Source: Andalucia godoyi And28 (Eukaryota; Protista; Jakobida). Taken from it: a DNA stretch of 64,000 nt. A program made the translations under genes and the position numbers. The notes under the pieces were generated by a model. It was not told the origin of the DNA, ran no database searches, and worked only from the letters and a program-made list of their open reading frames with translations. Where the stretch lies: NCBI GenBank assembly GCA_009859145.1, contig VRVR01000029.1:248001-312000 (forward strand), read 5' to 3'. Below, one piece after another: positions 58,963 through 64,000 of the stretch; the first letter of the stretch is position 1; each line of letters begins with the position of its first letter.

Positions 58963-60636
58963 TCATTTTCTGAGACTTTTCAGCGGATCTGCACCTTTTC
59001 GCTTACCTTTGCCGGAGCCATATCGCGCCTTTTTTGCCGGTTTTGCATACGGTACCAGGGCCAATTCCCGTTTCCTTGCGGCATTCTTTTCCACGACGTC
59101 TTTCACAAGCGCCTGAGTCTCTGACAACACCAATTGCTGCGGATTGAGATACGATGGGACGTTTTTGAGGTGATCGAATGCTCTTCTTGTTTTGCAAGAC
59201 ACCGGGAGGTCGTGTCGAAGCAGATCCAGCTCATCCTGCTTCTCTGCAAACCGACTCTTCAATTTTGAATTATGAAGAATTTCTCGTCTCATATCCAGCA
59301 TACGCGCGTCGCGGACAGCCAGTTTCGTTACACTGCGCAGCGAGTCCTCCACCCGGTACTTGAAAGACTGAATTTCTTCATGATTCAAAGTAAATGGCCG
59401 AATCTCTCTTCCTGAATCGGTGAGCGCAACAAAAAGTTGGTCGAATTCGGATTGCTCTTGTTTGGAGAACAAGAGCAACGACGAACCACTGGCACCCGCG
59501 CGCGCAGTACGTCCAACGCGGTGAACATAATTCACCGCAGATTCAGGGAAGTCAAAGATGATGACGCCTTCTACATCTCGCAAATCCAGTCCGCGTGCCG
59601 AACTTGCGGTTGTCTCTCGTTTCTTCTGCTTGGCGTCCTTTTTTGACGTGCCGGCGTGGGCTTCCTCGTCGGCATCAAGAGCAGAATCGGTAACAACCAG
59701 AAAATCGAACATTCCGCGGGAGAACTGGCTGAGGATGTGCAGCCGAGACTCGATCGGAAGCTCTGCATTCACAACAGCACATCGAATGGAGAAGCGCTCC
59801 AGGAACAACCGGACTCTGTAGCACTGGTCGATCGTATTCACAAACACCATGCATTTGCCCGGAATCAAATGAAACTTGAATATTGCATACAAGAACAGAA
59901 ATTTCTGGTCTTCGTTGTCCGACATGAGGAAAAACTGCGATAATCGCGCTTCCAAATCCCCTTCCGCTTCTTCCAGTTTCACGTTGACGGGATTGTGAAG
60001 AACCATTCCTTTCAAACGTAAAATATCGTCGGTAAGCGTAGCAGACATGATAAACGACTGAACATGCCGATTGAGACCTTCGATGATGATTCGGATGTCA
60101 TTTTCATATCCGTACGAGAGCAAAAGATCGCCTTCATCCACCACAAGAAACTGCAAAGACTCGGAAACATCAACGGTCTTTGTGCGAATGATTCCAGCGA
60201 CCTTTCCGGGCGTCGACACAACAATGTCTGGCTTCGAGTTCAAAATCTTCTTGAGCTGACTCTGTGTGGTTTCCTGATTCAAAATTGAAATTGCCACAAT
60301 GTCTGAGCAATAGGAAGTCAGCACGCGGAAAGCATCCACGACTTGGGTACACAGTTCTTGCGTAGGAACGAGAACAATGGCCTTGATTCCAGACACTGAC
60401 GTACCCGCCGCATGGGCCTTCAGGATACTATCCATGAGTGGAATGCAATACGCCAAAGTTTTACCAGAACCTGTTGCCGCCTTGGTCAGGACATCTTTTC
60501 CTTGTTGTGCAAACTCGACTACGTGTTTCTGGACAATGGTCGGCTTTTGGAAACCGCCCTTCATGAGGGACAGGACCAACCTCTTGTCAAGATTCAGCGC
60601 ATCAAACGTCTCTTCCGCAAATAACCCACTCTCCAT
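58963..60636 (-). CDS. DDX56: DEAD-box RNA helicase DDX56/Dbp9
   Basis: Q motif, ATGSGKT, PTQEL, motif II DEGD, SAT, ARGLD, YVHRVGRTAR. C-terminal FAEKQDELDLLRHD and HLKNVPSYL are Dbp9-like. Confidence 0.92.
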   Translation of the reverse strand: MESGLFAEETFDALNLDKRLVLSLMKGGFQKPTIVQKHVVEFAQQGKDVLTKAATGSGKTLAYCIPLMDSILKAHAAGTSVSGIKAIVLVPTQELCTQVVDAFRVLTSYCSDIVAISILNQETTQSQLKKILNSKPDIVVSTPGKVAGIIRTKTVDVSESLQFLVVDEGDLLLSYGYENDIRIIIEGLNRHVQSFIMSATLTDDILRLKGMVLHNPVNVKLEEAEGDLEARLSQFFLMSDNEDQKFLFLYAIFKFHLIPGKCMVFVNTIDQCYRVRLFLERFSIRCAVVNAELPIESRLHILSQFSRGMFDFLVVTDSALDADEEAHAGTSKKDAKQKKRETTASSARGLDLRDVEGVIIFDFPESAVNYVHRVGRTARAGASGSSLLLFSKQEQSEFDQLFVALTDSGREIRPFTLNHEEIQSFKYRVEDSLRSVTKLAVRDARMLDMRREILHNSKLKSRFAEKQDELDLLRHDLPVSCKTRRAFDHLKNVPSYLNPQQLVLSETQALVKDVVEKNAARKRELALVPYAKPAKKARYGSGKGKRKGADPLKSLRK

Positions 60637-60951
60637 CGAAAAAATACAGTTCAGATGGAGGAAAACGCAAAGGCAAACTTTTGGTATTCTTCCTCTTTTC
60701 TCTTAACCCAACTTTTTGTCTTTTGCTGCTGGCAGAGAAAAAAATAAATATTGAAAAAATGGGCGAATTTCTCTCCTTGCGTCTGATTGTCTACAGACGT
60801 CGACTCTTTTTTAAAGGAGAGCGCCCTTATTTTATTTCGTGTTTGGAAGAGGGAAGGGAGGGAATGTATTTTCTTGCGGGATCAAGGAAGCACAGACCCG
60901 ATGAAAATTCTGGTGCAAGGGACTCTTTGAATCGCTACAAGTGTACCCCTG

Positions 60952-61317
60952 ATGTCCTCTGCTCCCGCGGTTCCTGTAGCGCTCAGTGAAGTTGGCCCGT
61001 CTTGGGTTGGAAAGAGTGTTCGACTGTACGCGAAGATTGCTGACGTATCGCTTACACATCCGTTCATCACGGTCTGCGACCCGACGGCTCACTCGACATC
61101 CCTCCTCCCAGTGTGCACACAGCACATCTCCACCCACGAGGGTCTTCATCGTGGTAGCACGTTTTTCTTCTTTGGAGATTTGCGATCTACGGAGGATCGA
61201 GGAATTGTCTTGGATGCTCGGATTGCAGTTGCAGCAGAAGCTGTGGATCATAATGTTTACGTGCAGTCCATGCATGTCATGCGGTCATTCTTAGCGGATC
61301 CGTCTTGCCGCCCATGA
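60952..61317 (+). CDS. TEN1: CST complex subunit TEN1 (single OB fold)
   Basis: PAVPVALSE, GKSVRLYAKI, VCTQHI, GSTFFFFGDL, LDARIAVAAEAVDHNVYVQSMHVMRSFL parallel plant and human TEN1 as I recall them. Confidence 0.75.
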   Translation: MSSAPAVPVALSEVGPSWVGKSVRLYAKIADVSLTHPFITVCDPTAHSTSLLPVCTQHISTHEGLHRGSTFFFFGDLRSTEDRGIVLDARIAVAAEAVDHNVYVQSMHVMRSFLADPSCRP

Positions 61318-61421
61318 TGCCTAGGTAAGAATTGTGAGGCAGATTGGAAATCACATGGAAAAAGAGAGAGACAGAGAGAGACAGAGAGAAGCCAGGTCCG
61401 TGGCGCAAATAAGGGAAAGTT

Positions 61422-62714
61422 CTAGAGCTTGAGGCTTAGTGTTGACAGCCGGGGAAACCCTCCGTTGTTTGAAAAAACGACAAACTGCTTCGCGTGGGAG
61501 ATGTATCCCTTCACTAATTGATGCGAAATCAACAATCCCATTACAGACTCGACTTCCTCATTACTAAGTTTCCCTTCGGTGGCCATGAGTGCGTTGTAGC
61601 CAATTCGGAAAACAGCCAGCGGAAGCTTGTTGCAAGCCGGATGGAACTTTCTCACCCCAAGATAAATCTTCTTGAAGCAATTCCGGTACAGAATCAGCCG
61701 CAGCCTCTCAATGATAACATACATTCCGTCGTCCATGTAGCTGTTGATGTGTTGGTCAATCGCACCTTGGAATAATCGAGGGCTCGACGTCCGGATAGCT
61801 TCCACAACCGCTCTGTACTGCTCTGGAACCACAATGTCCTTTCGGTGCGCAGCCGGAAGCCACCCTCGAGCAATCTGAAGAGGCAGAAGAAATCGAAGCA
61901 CAAGCGACCGCGAACGATGCAAACTGTACGAAGGGATACGTTCAAACGCGAACATCAGCGCCTCCGATGCATCGGAGAGATTGCACTCGAAAGCGTCAAG
62001 TCTGCCCTTGTAGTAGGAAAACACCACTTGTTCTTCTAATGGAAACGACGAAATCTTCCGAGCTCCTTCTTGCAAGAACATCTGCACAGTCGTTTTTGCA
62101 AGACCTAAATACCGCAGTTTAAATTGCACTCTCAGCAATTCGATGGAAGCATGCAAAAGACCCTCGGATTTTGAACTGGGACCCTCCGAACGATCTTGAT
62201 TCATGTATCGAATGCAGGTCCGTATGTCGTCCACATACTCCTTGATCTTCGTGTGAACCGCATCGCGCATGTTCGCTGTGCTCTCGGATCTCGCATCCTG
62301 TTTCACTTGCGAGGGTTGAGAACAGCTATGAATGACATAAAATGCGAGTTTTCTGCAAATCACCATGACGGTGTATAGAGACTGGAGCATCCAGGAGGAT
62401 TCTTTCTCAAACGCCACAACCAGGGATCGGAAGCACGAAACAAACCGCTCAAAGGCGCGAAAATGGGAATTCGCATGTCCTTCTGCCAGCACAACACATC
62501 CTTGCATCCAGAACGACAATGCTTCCGCCCATGATTTCGAAAGTGACGACGAAAACAAATCGCTTCCGGAACTGAGATTACGTTGAGCCTCATCGAAAAA
62601 CGAATCATGCAAAGGACAGCGTCGAAAATCCAACAGAAACGCAACTCTTACGGAATCAAGGGATTGAACAGCATTGACAAAATGATCTACAAAAGATTTA
62701 AAGTACAGAGTCAT
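61422..62714 (-). CDS. PCID2: PCI-domain protein PCID2/Thp1/Csn12-like
   Basis: FSYYKGRLDAFE, LMFAFE, LLPLQIARGWLP, EVESVMGLLISHQLVKGYISHAKQFVVFS..GGFP. ATG at 62714. Confidence 0.9.
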   Translation of the reverse strand: MTLYFKSFVDHFVNAVQSLDSVRVAFLLDFRRCPLHDSFFDEAQRNLSSGSDLFSSSLSKSWAEALSFWMQGCVVLAEGHANSHFRAFERFVSCFRSLVVAFEKESSWMLQSLYTVMVICRKLAFYVIHSCSQPSQVKQDARSESTANMRDAVHTKIKEYVDDIRTCIRYMNQDRSEGPSSKSEGLLHASIELLRVQFKLRYLGLAKTTVQMFLQEGARKISSFPLEEQVVFSYYKGRLDAFECNLSDASEALMFAFERIPSYSLHRSRSLVLRFLLPLQIARGWLPAAHRKDIVVPEQYRAVVEAIRTSSPRLFQGAIDQHINSYMDDGMYVIIERLRLILYRNCFKKIYLGVRKFHPACNKLPLAVFRIGYNALMATEGKLSNEEVESVMGLLISHQLVKGYISHAKQFVVFSNNGGFPRLSTLSLKL

Positions 62715-62829
62715 GCGTATCTGCAATGCAACTTGCCTCGGCGAGAGAATCTTGGCAAGTTAGGAAAGCAGACGGAAAAAAGAAAAAAAAAAAAAACAGA
62801 ACCAACGCACCCTTTGAGGACAATTCCAT

Positions 62830-63051
62830 TTAATAGAATTCATCGATTACGGCGGTTGAAACACCCAAAAACTCGGCAATTGGCAGTGTAGATTCAATTA
62901 GCGATTGCCGGATAGAAACACCATTCGGACACGTACGGCTACAAATACGGAAAATGGTCCACAGCACTTTTTCTGAGATAATGCTGGGGACTGGTAGAGT
63001 CGCGGACGGCGAGCAATCTGGCAAATAAAATTCTCTTGGGGACGACGCCAT
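62830..63051 (-). CDS. Small hypothetical protein with weak Skp1/Elongin-C/BTB-like pattern
   Basis: 73-aa ATG ORF. LPVPSIISEKVLWTIFRIC and LPIAEFLGV resemble POZ-fold motifs, but the match is weak. Confidence 0.3.
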   Translation of the reverse strand: MASSPREFYLPDCSPSATLPVPSIISEKVLWTIFRICSRTCPNGVSIRQSLIESTLPIAEFLGVSTAVIDEFY

Positions 63052-63504
63052 TTAGGAGTTATACGTAAAATATTAATTACCTAATTCCCGACTACAGTCG
63101 TTTATTTCGCGGGAAGAATGCTTTCTTAGGGTGAGCTGTTTTTTATGAATGCAGCACGCTGAGCATTGCCGATCCATCATCAGAGGTACTGTGCTTACGA
63201 CATTTACACAGTAGTCGTGAAGGTGCTCGCCAACGGTCCATGGCCTTCTGTGTGCTCATTGCTGGCAAACACATGAGTCAACCAACCATCTCTGCTGTCT
63301 GGCTTTTATGACAAGCGACTGATGAGGGAAAGGAGCGAGTGGGTCTCCGCTCGGTGCGTGTGAATCGGAATCGTGGAATCTCCAATCGTGCATACATCTT
63401 GTTTTACTGCATACTGCTACCGCTGATGTTGGATTATAAACAAATAAATATAATACACCGTATTTTATTTAATATTTAAGCACAACGAAAAGAAAAGAGA
63501 AAAA

Positions 63505-63574
63505 CAAACAGACAAACAGACAAACAGACAAACAGACAAACAGACAAACAGACAAACAGACAAACAGACAAACA
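63505..63574. repeat. (CAAACAGA)8 tandem repeat
   Basis: Read directly. Confidence 0.95.
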
Positions 63575-64000
63575 AAGGTGTAGCATCTACAGCTGGCACC
63601 ACCACACAGCCCCTCAGAGCTTGATGCTAGGACGATAAAATAAGGAGTTTGCAATCCGACGAATTCCAAGACTGAGACCGGGGGTATGTAGAGCTCGTTC
63701 ACGCGAATGCAACGGTGTGCCGCACGCGCCGGGGGGTTTTGTCTGAGAGCCGTTATGCCGCCCGCCGTTCTGCTAATTCATGAATTCCTCTTCAACTACA
63801 GTGGTTATTTTGACGGGAAGCCTTTCTTCTCGCAGAGACGCTGTTGCAGCGACATGCACCATGGGTCATGTTTGGGAGCAGTGCTCATGGTGATGGGTGA
63901 GCGGTGCGTGTGCTCTCGTCCAGCATAGGAACTCCGGATCATCGGACGACCGCGGCTAGACACAAATGGTACCTCGCAAATGGCTGACAGCTCCTGCGTT

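Noticed and set aside
63319-63352. CTGATGA..GAAA hammerhead-like core
   Set aside because: Only 2 nt lie between CUGAUGA and GAAA (no stem II), and no NUH triplet pairs correctly with stem III.
63707-64000. Possible exon fragments at the window end (CTMGHVWEQC zinc-ribbon-like peptide)
   Set aside because: All frames contain nearby stops and no consistent gene model can be built within the window.

Overview
Eukaryotic nuclear DNA from a gene-dense, almost intron-free genome using the standard code. About 30 protein-coding genes are supported, and only two confident spliceosomal introns were found, both in an ALKBH8-like gene. IFT54 and an axonemal dynein light chain domain imply a flagellate. 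GatB and an NDUFA4/B12D protein imply mitochondria with their own genome. A TM-PAS-adenylyl cyclase and the compactness fit a discoban such as a jakobid (Andalucia-like), but this is inference only. Recognisable genes: FLVCR-type MFS transporter, VNX1-type cation/H+ antiporter, bacterial-type SSADH, syntaxin-18, ALKBH8-like (RRM+AlkB only), two VPS9 GEFs, B12D/NDUFA4, a myristoylated RING protein, a PAS adenylyl cyclase, IFT54, Scc3/STAG, FANCI, a PLAC8 protein, a peroxisomal sarcosine/pipecolate oxidase-like enzyme, TFIIH p34, importin-11, a TFIIIC subunit 6-like protein, a FYVE-PH protein, an AXDND1-like protein, GATB, DDX56, TEN1 and PCID2. No rRNA, tRNA, CRISPR array or autonomous transposon was found. 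The best unexplained signals are non-coding: a 370-410 bp dispersed repeat in two inverted copies, each just after a stop codon (17329-17701, 45172-45579), and a 36-nt element repeated at 7174 and 41873 downstream of two genes that also share a 14-mer about 210 nt upstream of their ATGs. I cannot claim a confirmed new biological system from sequence alone.
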